Below, one piece after another: positions 41,713 through 56,230 of a stretch of DNA of 64,000 nucleotides. Below the pieces are notes generated by a model, which was not told the DNA's origin, did no database searches, and was given only the letters and a program-made list of their open reading frames with translations. Each line of letters starts with the position of its first letter. The first letter of the stretch is position 1. The DNA is from Kudoa neothunni (Eukaryota > Animalia > Cnidaria): the NCBI GenBank assembly GCA_964304625.1, contig OZ199839.1, positions 9,376,528 through 9,440,527 of the forward strand. Direction: 5' to 3'. The position numbers were made by a program, and so were the translations under genes.

Positions 41713-42713
41713 CCGTCTAATGTATTAAAAATCGACTGTACTCCGACGAATTTGGGGAAAAAAATTACCCCAGTTTTATATTTCACCATTCGTGCCATAA
41801 AAAATATTTTATTTCAGAAAATAAAAAAAAGGCATAATTCCATTGTTAGATTCAGCTGTAAAACAATTAACATCCTAGTAGTAATCCTCATAATCCTAGG
41901 AAAACTGTATTCGTTAAAATCCGCAATGACAATTTTTGATTAAAACTTAATGTTTGAGTAAATTTCACATTTTTAGCATTAAATAAATATTTTAATTATT
42001 ATTTGCGCAACAAAATAGAATATTGATCATTCATTTGATATACTGAGTTATAACAGAATAGATAAGATTGAACTCTTAGGATTTTGGGCATTAATGTAGT
42101 TCCTTTTAATTAATGTAAACATATAGTAACTTCATCATATTTTAAAAACTTTTCTCATACCATATTATCTCACAAGTTTTTTTGTAACTGAAATATGCAT
42201 TTATAAATAATGCATCCATAAAAAGGAGAAACACCACCATTGGGCGTCATTATTGATTACCGATTGTGGATTGACCCGAATTCTCAAAATTTTCAATCTC
42301 GTCAGATTCTCACGGCATATCAGTTGTAAAGTATCCATAATCACTTTAAACGAATTTAATTCTTAATTTTAGTTATTATCGGTGAAATCCATCTCAATTA
42401 TAGCAATGTTAAAAATAAATAAGGACGTCACGTGATCATTAGCATAGGTAATAACCGTATAACTACAAATTTATCTATCATATCAACCTACAATTAGACT
42501 TACATAATAATTATTACATTATCTATCAATTGAGTTGAAAAAAATCTGGAGTAATTTTTTACCTCAAAAATTCATTGGTGTAATCATGTTATAATTTTTC
42601 TGATTTTATAATTTTAATCATAATATTTTAAAATCTTATATCAATAATTTTTTTGGATGATTACAAACAAATTCGAATCGTATGAAAAACAAACAAATCA
42701 CATATACAACCAT
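41713..42713. mobile_element. Non-autonomous piggyBac element, right end missing; copy of 50010-51143
   Basis: Left end CCGTCTAATGTA. Collinear with 50010-51098. Confidence 0.8.
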
Positions 42714-44090
42714 AATGTACTTCTAATCACATTAACTTAAATAATAAAATCCTTTATTGACAAAAGTCGGTGTTAGCCAAAAAATCGATTCACTTATTAT
42801 TAATGTGCATTTCAATAGTAATTGCAAAATAATAATTAAAGAAATTATATTTAATTCACTATAAGTCTAACTTGTTTCTGCCTCGACGTATTTTACTAGA
42901 ATTTATTAGTCTCTATGGTTAGGTTTGTTATTTTGGGAATAATTAATATATACAAATGATATATTAACTCATTATCTTCAATTTATAATACCAAAGTTAT
43001 GCTCTTCGACAAGTTTATTTGAAATCAAATTTAGCATCACAGGAATTATTGTTTTATTTTTAATAAATTTAATTGGATTATATAAAATGTCCCTCAGATA
43101 AATATTTTTAATCCCCAGGTAGTAATTTTTTACAATAAAATTAATTTTGAAATATTACTAAAATAAATATATATATATATATATCCGCCATATAAATTTT
43201 ATAAACATTATTAAAGCATTTGTGAATTTCATGCGAGTTAACATATGCTTAATTTTAAGTATAAAAAGTAGAATTCGAATATTTATGATAAACTGTATTG
43301 TTTGAAATAATAAACAATTTAAATCATATACGCATAGTTGAGCTAGTTAATAATGCAGTATTTACGATATTTAAAGTAGACATGAATAAAATATGCGAAA
43401 CTTTGTCATAAAAATTTTATTTATTTTTTCGTTATTAAAAATTCTTTTTTAGTATATTTTGAATGTTTTATTTAAACAAACTTAGTTCTTAATTATTTTA
43501 TAATAAAATTTAAACAAATAATACACTTAATTAATGCTGCTGAGGATTATCGAAGCATAACAAAGCTTTTCTGTCTTTGACATGAGTTTTAATGCAATTA
43601 TATTAAATATTTATTTCATATTACTTAAATAAAAATATTTTTAAATTATTTTAATCATAAAATTGTATTAGCACTAAATTTTTCTATTTTTAAGTGGAAT
43701 AATTGAATTTAGACAACTTTTTTTTGTATTTTCACAGTTAAAATTTTGTTTGTTTTACTTTAATATAAGAAATAATTATCATGAATTTTTCTATTTTTCA
43801 GCAAAATTTCTAAATTATTTATTTTTAGCTTTTTTATGAACATAATAGTTCATAAAAATATATTCAGGGATCTTTAGGTAAATTAAACTGTAAATAATCA
43901 TTATGAGTTTTCTTAGTAAAATATTAAGCAATCTTAAACAAAACCGTTTTGATAAAATTAAATACTAAATTTTACGCTCAACATCTTCAAGTAAACAAAA
44001 TAATATAGAGAAATTGATAAGAATATAATAATTTAAATAGTTAAAATCGAAGCACTTATGTATCTTCGAAAAATACTTTCATCTTGTTGG

Positions 44091-46861
44091 TTATTTGAAT
44101 CGTTTTCGCAAAACTACCACCAAACATATTGTTGAGACGAGAAAAAAAAGTGGGATTAATATTAAAATTAACCTAAAACTTTTTTTAATAATATCAAAAA
44201 ATATATTACATTGAATTTTTTTTTCTAGTAATAAAATAATAGAATGCACATTAAAATAAAAATACTTAATGTTGGACTTTGCAAATTTTTGACCTACAAA
44301 TAATAATAAATTACGTGAAATAAAGGTAATAGATATAAAATTGCCCTTATATATTTCTACAGTACCATAAATTGAAGGATCTCTTTCCAAAATAACTTGC
44401 AGATGATAGTCAGTTGTATCAAATACGGAAGAGATGTTAAATTGATTACATTTTGATATTTGACCGCATCCAGTTATGTTGTCTACTGTGCATCGTTTAA
44501 GAATCCTTCTCGTACCAGTCGCATTCAAGTCGCTTAGATACCAGAAGCATTTCGAATTGATGATATCTATTCCGCGTGGAAGACTGGATTCCACCATAAA
44601 AGTATTTTCAATTCTGGTAACTGTAATTCCAATAATGTTTGATATATCTGTGGGAATGGGAGGAAACGACTCTATTTTAATTCCAAATAATTATTAATCA
44701 AATTATACCTGAAATAATGTAATACAATTATACTTGGATCAACCGTTAAGCTTTGTTCATACGAATTTTGAAATGGTAATACTACGATCAAATATTCTTC
44801 GGATGGATCATATCTATGAGTGAAGGTGATATTTTTACAAGGAGGAACTTGAATGCACGATCCTGCGACTTCCACGTTTAACACTTCGTTATCCATAGTT
44901 TTAAATTCAATAGCGTTAGAAGAGGGACATCCGTACACGAGGAGATTACTTCCACCCTTTTTAACCCACACTTTGTAATAACATTCTGCTTGCTTTAAAT
45001 CAAGACTTGATGTGTCTTCTGCATAAATCATGAAGCCACTGTCGATATATTTTTGTCGAAACGTAATATTATGAGATTCTACATGATGTGATGATTAAAT
45101 GATTAATCAAAGAATTATTCACTCGTTTTAAACCTAAAAATATGCTCACCAAACTCATCAGAAGTAACCACTTTCAAACTGTAGTCTGTTGCCGGTTGGA
45201 GCGACACAAAATAAGTCAATGTAGAACATGGTTTTCTGCATGGATTGGCCGAATAACAAACGGCCTCATAAAAATTGTCTTCGTTGGCCAAACTGATATA
45301 ATAGGAGCATGTGATGGAAAAATCAGTGACTAACACATTGGGCTCAATGTAAATCAAACTTCCATAATGATTTCTCAAAATTTCTTTAGCTTCGGGGTGC
45401 ACATGTATTCCAAAAGCTATCACAACAGTGAAATCGTTTTATAATAGAAATTACTTGTTCTAAAAAATAGTTTTTCAGTGAATCTGAAGTTATTTTTATC
45501 GGTAACATTGATGAGAACAATATAAGGTCTACCCGATGGTAAATTTACTAAATATTTTATGTTGTCGCATTCATTATCACAGGCAAGGTTTTTGAGACAT
45601 CTGGCTATCTCTAACGCTTCTATTGATGGACTAGGTTTGTCGGCCTCGTATATCATGAAATTGCAATAAACAAAATGGATATCTTGATACAATCGTTTCA
45701 GTAGAGTCAAATTAAATTTAACATAATTTGACGAAGGTTCTAACAATGGGTATCCATAAGTCTCGAAATCCTTCAAAATTACTAAAAAAATATAACTTTG
45801 AGTTAATAGTTATTTGAATTCAATTTATATACCAAACTTAGTTCGATTGTCTACATTGTCATTATGTCGGGTTTTAATCAAAATATCCACTATCGGACTA
45901 TAACCTTCCAAAAATAATGAAACGTCTTTGCATGGAGCTAAACATTTCCTATCCTTGTTATTACCGCAATTTGACTCATACACATTGTCGCCAGATGTGT
46001 CACCTCCCTTTCTAATACTGAATTCACATATTTCTGGTTCAATCTTGTTTGAGAATCTCAGTCGGTATTCGTTGTTTTCATTCTTATTCATATATTCTAC
46101 GTGGAATTGTGATTGATAAGCGTCAATGTGTCTTCGCATATACAAATTTGGCATGTAATAAAAGAGTGACGGTTGTTGACGGCACTTTATTTCATAATAG
46201 ATAGCCATTATATGAAAGTCAAGTTCAAAATTGGTTCTATCCGAAGTAGACCCCAGACCGTAACATTTTAGCGAATTACATAAAACCGAGCAAGACATTG
46301 GAATTTTTTTAACTTTTATTATTAAATTTGAATTTTTGGTTCCAACCTGATATTGAGGATATATTAATGTTGCTAAACATTTTTGTAAATGACGAATAAT
46401 TATTTATGTTTACGCAGAGGTAGACCATAAACGGATCCAACATTGGTGATATGACTGGTAATGTTTAGATTGTCAGTTTCTTCTATCAACATATACTTTA
46501 TTCTTGGATACAATCTTGAAATTTCCAGTGTAAAACTCGATGATTTGCACTTTGTTGCACATATTTCACTCTGAAATACTGATTGATCTTGGCAAATATT
46601 CCTCTTAGAGAATTCGTTCTTATTCTCTTTTGAAAAATATAACTGGCAAACAGTTTTTGCTACTTCGATATTCATATTTACTCGCAACCTTAGCTTATAA
46701 CCGGAATATTTGTACTCTACTTCACCTTTTGCTTCACCATTCTGGCTGTTTATCCATAAAGTGGATTGTGTAATATAGTCTAAAATGTTTCTTTATAGAA
46801 GAAAGAAAATAAAATTTATAAACTTACATAATAAAATATGTAGGGAATATGAAGATATCAT
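44091..46861 (-). CDS. Paralogue F: apparently intact FN3-like type I membrane protein
   Basis: Signal exon MISSYSLHILL. Exons match the ORFs at 46400, 45825, 45420, 45115, 44672 and 44091. FN3 motifs NLPSGRPYIVLINV and SLQPATDYSLKV. Micro-exons 44266-44293 and 44210-44224. TM LILILIPLFFLVSTICLVVVL then RKRFK*. Confidence 0.85.
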
Positions 46862-47689
46862 TAAAAAACATTACAAATTATTATTTTTAATAGGATTAAG
46901 TTAATTAAGTTTTATTAATGTTACCAATGGGTAAAAGTATTAAATATAATTAATTTTTATATATTTACGAACTTTCCGTATTACATTAAAACACTTTTAA
47001 CGAATTACATTCATATCTTTTAAAATAATAATCCATATTCAAAAAATATAAATAGGAAAATTCAGGAAAAGTATATTAACAAATATTTAATTGAGAAAAA
47101 TGGAGAATAGGGTAAACTTTCCAATCATACACTTCCGTTAATTAAAGTGATCTTTGTAAATATTCGCCAAATTCCCTTACTCTATACTAAGAATATAAAC
47201 CTTTTAGTATAATAAATCAACTCGATTACTAATGAATTTATGTCATACAATAGGAAAGGAATAAATTATATTTTTAATTATTAAATATTTATTTTCTCAG
47301 TAATAACATACTTTAAACAACTAATCAAATGCGGTATATTTAATTTTTAATTCAACAAAATATTAGATTCCATAACTAATTAAAAAATGTTGTGGAAGGC
47401 ACGATTTTTATATAATCGTATAGATTATACAAAACCTTTAAAACATGCACTTAAAATTTATTATGCTTTAATAAAATAAAGGATTAAAAGAAATCTTAAA
47501 CTAAGATACATTCAAATTCATAATATAAACAATATCATTTTTTATACAATCTTATTAGGTGACATTTTGTGTGTAATTTTTTTCATTGATAACTATTCTA
47601 CAGATAAAATTATTGTTATTTAATATATTGAGAAACATATCAATTTATAATAATTTAAAATAATAATTTTATTGAAAACAATTGTTATT

Positions 47690-49576
47690 TATCGGGTAAA
47701 TCTCTAAGTCTGACTGTGTTTGTAGCATCCTAAAATTTGCTACTTTTAGCCATATTTTCCAATTTTTTATGATGAAACTTTTAAAGCGTTTATTATTCAT
47801 ACGAATAAGATTGTGAGTTTTTCATTACGATAGTAAATGGAAAAATCTTCCTTCAGCGAAATCTGAATTATATATATGTTTATCTTTAAATACAAAAATG
47901 GAGTCACTAAGAAAAATGTGTACCTTGAATTAATTATGCGATATATTTCTTAGAGTTATTACACTAGAATAGTCCTATTCAAAAAAATAGAAGTCCTTAC
48001 TTTGGTGACTATGAGACGAGAAATCGAATGTTTTGCCTTTTAACTAATGTTTTCAACTGATGGAAAATTTAATACCGATGTGTTTAGTTCCTTTTGTTAC
48101 TCTTACTGTCGATGAAACACATAGTTACATTCAGAGGAGAGTGTCCCTTTAAGCAGTATGTGCCCTCTAATCCTGTATTTATTAAATTAAATTTTTTTTT
48201 CCAGACCTTCAAAACAACTATACATAAGATTTCTGTTTACCATAGAAGAAATAATAACCAAATCACAAAGTTAAATGTATTTGTGAAACATTATCTGATA
48301 ATTTTTCATTTCGGTTCCGTTAGCGAACAAAAATCTTAACTGTCAACACTCCGAGGGACTATTTGGAATCATGTACTAGGTATCTTACAAATTCTTTAAG
48401 CTAGTGAATCAAAGGCGAATATTAGTTCAATTTTCCTTTTACATGATAGGAAAATGATGATGTCGCATGTTCAAAAAAACGACAAGTGGTCATTTTATGG
48501 GCTAGATTATTACACAATGTAAATTAATGTCAAGTTCCGTCAAAAAAAGCTTCCGATTATCATCGCAATAAACAAAAATAAGGGTGATATGGTTACGGTA
48601 AATCTTGTTTTGTCTATTGAAAGTGTAAAAAGAATCGTTGTAAATAGTTAACATAATAAAAATAATACTTTATAATATGGTTGAAATAAGTTTACTTAAT
48701 TCATTTTATTTATATATAAGTTAAGTAAATCAAACCAATATTCGTAGAAACAATTATTTATAGTAGCTTGTGGAGTCGTGAGTAAATCCTACTTAATATA
48801 ACTATGCTGATTTCTGCGAATAAAATCTTAAATTCTATGACGGAAAAAAGATGCAGCTCATGCATCGATTCTTCTATGTAAAATTAAAGAACAAATCGTA
48901 TGATTTCTTCAAATGTTATAACAATAAATATTTCAGAAATATTCGTTACGAATACGTAAGAAAAAAATGTGAATTAAAATTTAACTATTTGAATATTATA
49001 TTTTCTTAATTAATTTTTATCATTTCTAAAAAAATTAATATTAATTCATTGATAAATAATTACGAATCCATATTTTATTACAAATAATTGATATGTGTGC
49101 TAGCCTAATCATCCATGTGCCTGATTATTTTAATATTTATAACAATATTAGTTTAAGTATATAATATTTTAAATTATTTTAAAATCCAATGAATAATTTT
49201 TACAATAAAAAAATCAGATTCGTGTTGTTTCAAGATAACATATGTATTTTCATTTATTATTATTAGTTTAATTTCCTCTGTCATCCTAAAGAGTTCTGGA
49301 TAATACTTAAAAAACATCAAAAGATACATTAAGAAATAATTTTATTATTATGTAAATACTGCATACTCCAAAATAAACGATCGAACGGTTTTCAGTTATT
49401 TTCGCCTGGTAGATTAATTAGGATGTTGTTGTTAATCGGTTTGAAAAAACTCCCCTACGAGCGAAATAATATTTAATAATATTTTCTATCAAAATATATA
49501 AGAATTTAGAGTTCCCCTTTATTCTAAATCTCCAAATACTTCAGGATGTACAGTCGTTTTGGGGATATTTGAATGG
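47690..49576 (+). mobile_element. Heavily decayed piggyBac remnant (left boundary approximate)
   Basis: DETxVTFRGECPFKQYVPSNP and YNMVEISLLNSFYLY remnants. The right end ..GAATGG-TTAA resembles the other family ends. Confidence 0.7.
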
Positions 49577-50009
49577 TTAAAGTGCAAAATGATATCACCC
49601 TTATTTAGATAAATATGGACCGATCAGAAAAATTCTCCATTAATAATTTAAATTTAATTACTATTAACATATCAATTATAAATTCGGATCCGCTTAATTT
49701 CCAAAAAAAATTGATGAGATAGGAAATATGAGAATCTTTTGTTTATCTCCTTAATTTATTTCATAGATTATCTTAAATTATCACAGCAAAATAAAATTTA
49801 TTAAATTAAACAAATATTTATGTTCTTTATTTTGTGTAATGAGAGAAAATTCATAAAAAATAATCCATCCCTTCTAATATATATTATAAAATCATTTTTT
49901 TAATTATAATAATAACTCTGTATACGATTATTTATATAAAAGTCCTAATCAGTAGTCGGCAGTTTAAAACAATATGCAACAATATTTCCATAAAAAATAT
50001 GAACATTAA

Positions 50010-51143
50010 CCCTCTAATGTACCAAAAAATCGACTGCACTCCGATAAATTAGGAGCAAATAAGTACCCCAGTTTTTTATTTCTCCATTCGTGTCATAAAA
50101 ATTATTTTATTTCAGACAATAAAAACAGGCATAATTCCATTGCTAGATTCTGCTCTGAAACAATTAACATCCGAGTAGTAATCCGCAATGGACTATTTTT
50201 TATTAACGCTTAATGCTTGATTAGATTTCATATTTATATCATGTAATCAATATTTTAATTATTATTTATACAATAAATAGAATATTTAATGAGAATAGAT
50301 TTCATAAACACTCAGAATGAATTTTGCGACAATTAAGTATATCTGAAACAAGCAGTAGCGGGTTACCTATCTCTTTTCCGTAAAAAACATTCAAACCTTA
50401 AAAATACTGTTCATTTTTTTGGTGTGCTGAATTATAACGGAATAGATAAGGTTGAGCTCCTAGGATTTTGGACTTCAAGGATGTTTCTTCACATTAATGG
50501 AAAAAAATAGTAACTTCACCATATTTTAAAAAAACTTTCTCATATATTATCTCACAAATTTTTGTTGTAACTGGAACATGTATTTATAAATAACAAATAC
50601 AAAAAAATAGGAAAACACCAACATAGGGCGTCATTATTGATTACCGATTGTAGATTGAGCCGAATTCTCTAAATTTTCAATCTCATCAGATTCGTATGAC
50701 ATATCAGTTGTAAATTATTAGTAATCACTCTAAAATAATTTTATTCTTCATTTTTATTAGTATCGGTAAAATCCATATCAATTATGACAATGTTAAAAAT
50801 AAATAAGGACGTCACGTGATCATTAGCATAGGTAATAACCGTATAACTACAAATTTATCTATCATATCAACCTACAATTAGACTTACATAATAATTATTA
50901 CATTATCTATCAATTGAGTTGAAAAAAATCTGGAGTAATTTTTTTACCTCAAAAATTCATTGGTGTAATCATGTTATAATTTTTCTGATATTATAATTTT
51001 AATCATAATATTTTAAAACCTTAAATCAATAATTTTTTTGGATGATTAGAAACAAATTCGAATCGTATGAAAAACAGACAAATCACATATACAACCATTA
51101 ACTTCTCGCCGGGGTAAAAATTTACCCCATATTCATTAGAGGG
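50010..51143. mobile_element. Non-autonomous piggyBac element, complete ends
   Basis: TTAA TSD and a perfect TIR CCCTCTAATG / CATTAGAGGG. Subterminal GGGGTAAAAATTTACCCC. Confidence 0.85.
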
Positions 51144-51336
51144 TTAAATATATTCACCGCACTTTTTTAATAAAAATTATATTAATCGTATTTAATTAAT
51201 TTAAGTGGATTTTAATAAACTTCATTGCAATAAGACATTCTCTACCAATAAATGTGTGAAAAACAAGATGAGTGAACGATGTTATTTCGTAATTAAAATA
51301 ATAGTTTTAATCTTATTATTTCGATCCTCAAAAATT

Positions 51337-54125
51337 TTAATGGCGTTTTTTACACCAACAACAGAGTATTACAACAACACAAATAATAACAGCAATCCCG
51401 ACGGCGCCAATTATTCTAAACCAAAAATTATTTCACTCGCACATTACATCCAATACATGTAGGTTTTAGAACTATAATAATAATAATAATAATATAAATT
51501 ATAAAAACAAGTAAATCAAAAAATGCGATACCCAAGCAACCTAAAAAATTCTCCACCTGATATATAATTAATCAGCAACGTATTATATTAACTAAACTCA
51601 CCATTTACAATTTCTATCACACCATAAATTGAAGGAGTTTTCTCCAAAAACACATGTAAATGATATTCAACACTTTTTTGTCAATTGTGTAATATTGAAT
51701 TTTTCGCATGGCAGTGAATCCGCACATTCCATTCTATTGTCAGAAGTACATCTTTTGATTATATTTCTATCAGCAGTGTTCAGCAAACTCAGATACCACA
51801 AGCATCTAGAGTTTTTGTTCACTTCAGGGGGCAGCTTAATTTTCTACACGCAGAGTAGTGTCTTCACGTTTAACTTTAATATGTATTTTCTTTGAATTAT
51901 CTGTTGGAGTTGGAGGTAGTTTCTCTAATTATTTATATGTTCAAAGTGTTACAGACGATAAAAATTCTTACTTGGGTCTATTGTGAATAGTTGATCGTAA
52001 AAATGATGGAACGATACTACTGCTATTAAATACTCTTCCAAAGGGGTTATAGTTGTGTGTATAAGTGATATGTGAGCACATTGACACTTGAGTACAACTA
52101 GGTGTGGTCTCATGAATTTTTTATTTCTTCGTTCTCTACCGCTTTAAAACAGTGAGTCCAATCCCGACGGACAACTATAAACAGACACATTTTTCCCAGC
52201 TGTTTTAAGCCATACTTTGTATTGACACAAGGCTGTATCGGCGTTGAAAGTAGTTCTATAAGGTGTTCGTAACTGGAATCCGCCGTCGACAAAGGTTTTT
52301 CGAAATTCAACTTTATACGGGGCTATAAAAGTTATTTCTATTGCGTCATTGAAAAGAATACGATATATTACGTGTTCGGAACTTTTTCAAGTGTATACCA
52401 TTGTCATCAGCAGAAATCACTTTCAAATCATATTCGGTTGCCGCTCTCGTGGTGAATATCCTGGTTTGTGTATTGCAAAGTTTTCTACAAATATTACCCT
52501 CTTGACAACCAGTCTCCACAAACATATCTTTGTCTGCCAGACTGATGTAATAGGCACATGAGCGCGACACATTTTTAGTTATATGATGTGATCTAGTCGT
52601 CAATGTTACGGCTTCACTAGTGACATAGAAAAATTCAATAGATAAAAATCCATTAGGATGACTGTCTATAAAGAATACAATAAAATCACAAAAGGTTTAA
52701 ACATTACTGGTTCTAAAGAAAAGTTTCTCAGTGAAGTTATAATTGTTTCCTAATTTAATTTTCAGGGAGATTATGTATGGTCTTCCGGGTAATAAACCAG
52801 GAATCCTCTTAACATTGTCGCATCGTTTATCGCAAACAACGTCGTTGTTGCAATAAACAGTAGTTAACGACTCCAGAGATGGAGGGGGCTTGTCAGCCTC
52901 ATACAATCTTATATCACACTCAACAAATAAATTGTCAAATTCGACTTTTCTCAACAAACTCAAATCAAGTTGAACACTATTATATGTGGGTTTAATTAAT
53001 AAAATTTTGCTAGAGTCATTCTCGTTAAAAATCACTATAAAATATTCACTTAAATAACAATTATAAATATTGTACCAAGTTTTGTTTGTTTAAATCCGCT
53101 GAGGTTGTTTTTTGTTTTTATTAGAATTTCTACGATAGGAACATGCCCAGACATGTACAATGTGACGTCCTGGCATGGAGCATAGCAGGTTTTATCGTCT
53201 TCATTCCCGCATTTTGATTCATATATGGAGTAATTTTTTCGGACAGGTTTACTTACATCTCTAATACTAAATCCACATATTTCTGGTGCTGCTTTGTTGG
53301 AGAACTTTAGCGTGTATTCAGCACGCTCATTTCTACGCGTGTATTCCACATGAAACTGGGGTTGGAAAACGTCAATCTTATTTCTCATGTACTGATTAGG
53401 CATGTGATATAAGATTGGAGGAAGTCTTAGACAACTTAAAAGATAGAAAGGAGCCATAATATGTAAATCAAGTTGAATATTGTGATAATCTGCAATTTCA
53501 CCTTCACCAGAGTAAACACCATTGTAAACCACCTGGCACGAAAGGCCTTCCAACTCCGAAATTCCTATTACAAGAGCTGTATTACTTATGTTTATTTTAA
53601 AGCAGGGAGACAATAGCAACGCTAACAAATGGTAATATACATCAACAACAACGTAGTCATACGAATATGTAATCCATAAACTTGGCTATTGATGGGAGAA
53701 GCTTCAATATTAGATGTTGGCTCATCCAACGTTTGTACGTATGTATATTTTGTGTTCGTTGAATATGTCTCAAGCATAAAATTTGTACCGACCTCTTCAC
53801 ATTGACGAATACACCTTCTATCGGAAGAATCTAACTTATTTGTACAAATAGTTTCCTCATAGCCGTTTTTATCTTGATTGCCTATTCTTAGGTAACAGTA
53901 TTTGTTGGAGGGATAATTGTTTCCATGTAATTTCAATTCCATGACGTAATTCATGAGATTGTAGACGAGAGTGTTATTTTGTGAATGCAAGTTAGTGCTC
54001 ACATAAGTCAAAAATCCACAAAGCAACCCTTCAAATATTTGCATTTATTAGTTGTCATAATTCAATTATCGAAACTTACATATATTAAAATATTTTGAGT
54101 ATGTCTTAATCACCCCAAAGCTCAT
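51337..54125 (-). pseudogene. Paralogue G of the FN3-like surface protein family (3' exons frameshifted)
   Basis: The first four exons are open (MPNQYMRNKIDVFQPQFHVEY, GLLPGRPYIISL). Several indels lie in 51600-52650. A 15-nt micro-exon is at 51457-51471 and the TM is IIGAVGIAVIICVVVILCCWCKKRH*. Confidence 0.8.
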
Positions 54126-55217
54126 ATTTATTTATTCAAGGACCGTAGATTGGATTATCTCAAATTAATGATTTCCACGTTATAATCTAATATGTTTATC
54201 AATATAAATAATATTATCCCGCGTATTATATTGGAATAATATTTTCGAAAATTTAGGATTTGATTATCGAGTAGATAATGTATGTCATAATGTCAATAAG
54301 AATTAATTTTCATCATAAATTATTCAATTAAGACAATATAAATAAATCGAACTAAAATTATCAAAGATTTATGATTTTTATCTTAAATATTATTTAGATT
54401 CTTATAACAAAAACTTAATATTTTTAATTTCTTCGATTTATTTCTTTAAAAATAATAATAAATAATGTCGGTATAAACGCCGAAAACTATAGCACGCTAT
54501 AAATTATGCAAGTATTTACGTCTAAATCCCCTTCTTAAAATTGTACAGATAAAGAGCCTGTCTCAAACTTATAATCTAAGTGAGTGTTTATATAGTTATT
54601 TTAAACATCCTAACATGCTTTTCTCTTATTCTATTGTATAAAAATTAATCTGTGAAAATAGTGATAAGATTATTGATCTAATGTTAATATAATGATTGTA
54701 TATATAATAAATTGTAAAAACTAGTTTATCAAATAATATAACCAAGCTATAAGTGTTACTCAATTATCAGAATACTTTTGTTATGAAATTTTCGATTTTT
54801 TCAGATCAGATTACCTGAACTGTATGTGATAAAAATCCGAATAAGGGCCGACCCAATAAATAGTTAAGAAAAATATTTTACTCACACCACAATAAGTACT
54901 ACACCTTATTTTTATTAATTTAAATATATCAATCTCTCATATGGTAGGTTCAATGCATTTAAAAACAGATAAAAAACAATAAATTAAACCCATTCAGGGT
55001 TTTCGTTGCGTTTCCGCAACATTTGTAATCCTACGTATCTTGTCAAGGAGGTGAAATTTTCAATTTTTTTTTTAAATAAATAATAATATAGTTAGTTTTA
55101 ATTATTATTACAATCTTACTAAAATAAAAAATTCATCTCAGTCACATGAAAGAAATCGTAATTAAATATCTTCTCGTTTTTATTCTTTTTATTTAATCAC
55201 TTTTGACTTCATGTCAA

Positions 55218-55220
<3 letters not shown>

Positions 55221-55258
<38 letters not shown>
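55221..55258. repeat. (TA)n microsatellite
   Basis: Direct reading. Confidence 0.9.
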
Positions 55259-55261
<3 letters not shown>

Positions 55262-56230
55262 TTGAGGAATGGATCATCAAATATATAAAATGTAATTTTC
55301 AATTAATCATTTAAATATGAATATTAATACATAAATGAGACCGAAACTATCATATATTCCTGATCTGAAAAGTGTTATGTCATATACGTAATTTTCTTTA
55401 ATATTTTTAGCAATTTTGCCGAATTATAAATATATAAATACATAAATCTCAAATATCTCGGTCTTTATGACATTCGTATTATAATTTTCATCTATCATAT
55501 ATATAATCATAAATTTTTCGTGAAAAATCCTGAAAAAATAAAAATTTTAGATATTCTTTTTGTTTCACGATTTTTAATAGTTTGACGGCGCAGTTTAAGA
55601 TGATAATTTTTCGTAGTACACAGTTAGAAGAAATTTATGAAATATAAAATTAAAAAATATGACTAAATTAATTATCAGTCGTAAAAATTGGACATGAATT
55701 TTATATATAGACAATAGAATATATTCTGTGATTTTAATATTTTTATCTGTATTATTTAATGATTAATGTTTTATTTTTTTTCAAAGAAAAAGATCTGCCT
55801 AAAAATATTATTTATTCTTTAGTAATTTTCGCACATGCGCACTAATTTATTTTACCAAAAAAGAAAATAGAAACAAATCTAATAATTGCATAAGCAAAAT
55901 TAAATTGTTATTTCTAATGTTATGAAGACATAATGTGAACATATTTCTTCACTCCGTCGAAAACTATATTTTTCATAAGTTTAATTAGAAATATGAGTCA
56001 TAAAAATGAATTCATGGTTTGCTTAGGACGTAAAAACGTCATATATTTTCACCTGCTAATTTTCACACAGAAGAATCCGACAAAATGTATCGCACTTTTT
56101 AAAACAAGTCGTAGAATAGCTATTGAGACTAGCATAAACAGATTGTTGAAGATTTCGAATCGTAAATTAATTCCTTATTAAAATGTTGATGTAGAACAAT
56201 TTTTAATGGATTATTCTAGTTGGCGCGGAA

